Part shown: positions 63,231 to 64,000 of the stretch, piece after piece | Numbering within the stretch: position 1 is the first letter of the stretch | How the letters are laid out: each line of letters opens with the position of its first letter | Assembly: GCA_013265495.1 (NCBI GenBank) | Contig: MU058451.1 | Location: 1,526,167-1,590,166, forward strand | Source of the DNA: Vicugna vicugna | Taxonomy: Eukaryota | Direction of reading: 5' to 3' | DNA: 64,000 bases | Position numbers and translations under genes: made by a program | Notes under the pieces: model-generated | The model's database searches: none | The model's input: the letters and a program-made list of their open reading frames with translations, nothing else | What the model was told of the DNA's origin: nothing

Positions 63231-64000
63231 TGCTGTCAGTTGAGGGGTCCGGTCAGGGTGGGTCCAGTGAATCTGGAATATTTTATAATAAAAATCCCAA
63301 GAGCCTCCACCCTGCCCCACAATCAGAGAGAAAGGGAACGGGTGGGTAGGATGGCGAGGGAAAGGGAGAGAATACCTGGGTACACTGGCAAGATTTTTAC
63401 TTAAAAAATGTATTTTTTCTAACTAATAGCCACCGTGCCTCAGTTTACCATGTCCGCATCATTGTAGAAGGCTCTTTGGTTTGGAAATAAGCTCTTTAGA
63501 AAAACTTCTCTTTCCAAAAGAAAAGGGAGAATGATTAAATCCTAGCACTTGGTTGAGTGATTAGATGAAATCCCTTTGAACCTCTGGTCTCATTTCCTGT
63601 GCATTACAATACTAATCCCCTCAGGGGGCTGGCATTTCAGAATGGCTAATAAAATGACTGTTAGGTCAAACAAAAGTCATAACCGCTGGTGTCCACTTGT
63701 TTACCCTTGGCTTTGTTTGAAGAGCTTATCCTCAGGGGCCTGCACTGAGTTTATTCATCAGCAACATAGGTGTAAGTTGTGGAGTGGACGATATACGTAT
63801 CTCTCCATGAGAGAGGCTAGTTCCACATTTACCAGACGATGGAGCCTCTGAAGCTGTTCCCACTATGATTCTCCCACAAGGTTAGAAAGCAAAAAAAAAC
63901 TTCCTTCCAAAGCTGATTACTCTTTGCACAGGCTAGAATTTAGCTTTGACAGCCTTTTGTTTGAACACTCTGTGTGCTGCTCTAAGACCCTGCATTGTCA

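Noticed and set aside
62182..63404. Multiple ORFs around the TRPA1 promoter, including an in-frame GTG at 62801
   Set aside because: Typical of a stop-poor CpG island. The conserved start is the ATG at 62780 and nothing supports an N-terminal extension.

Overview
Mammalian genomic DNA, most likely a camelid (camel/alpaca/llama), inferred from two Vic-1-like tRNA-derived SINEs. Most of the window (12481-62780, minus strand) is a complete, intact TRPA1 gene. I traced 27 coding exons by hand, all with GT-AG introns and consistent phases: 3363 nt, 1120 aa, with a CpG-island promoter at the right end. The introns hold ordinary L1, L2, MIR, MER and MaLR relics plus several notable insertions. These are an LTR-like element in intron 24 carrying a ~15-copy 99-bp tandem array and an in-register 495-bp duplication, a young L1 with a templated 5' junction, and a SINE with an apparent 3' transduction. 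Downstream of TRPA1 (about 735-8054, minus strand) is a decayed, colinear relic of a cTAGE5/MIA2 (TANGO1-family) gene whose proline-rich end coincides with a CpG island. The TRPA1 protein carries substitutions at pharmacologically important positions (human numbering N855K, L881F, S972L, E930K). All comparisons with human proteins and repeat consensi are from memory; no searches were run.
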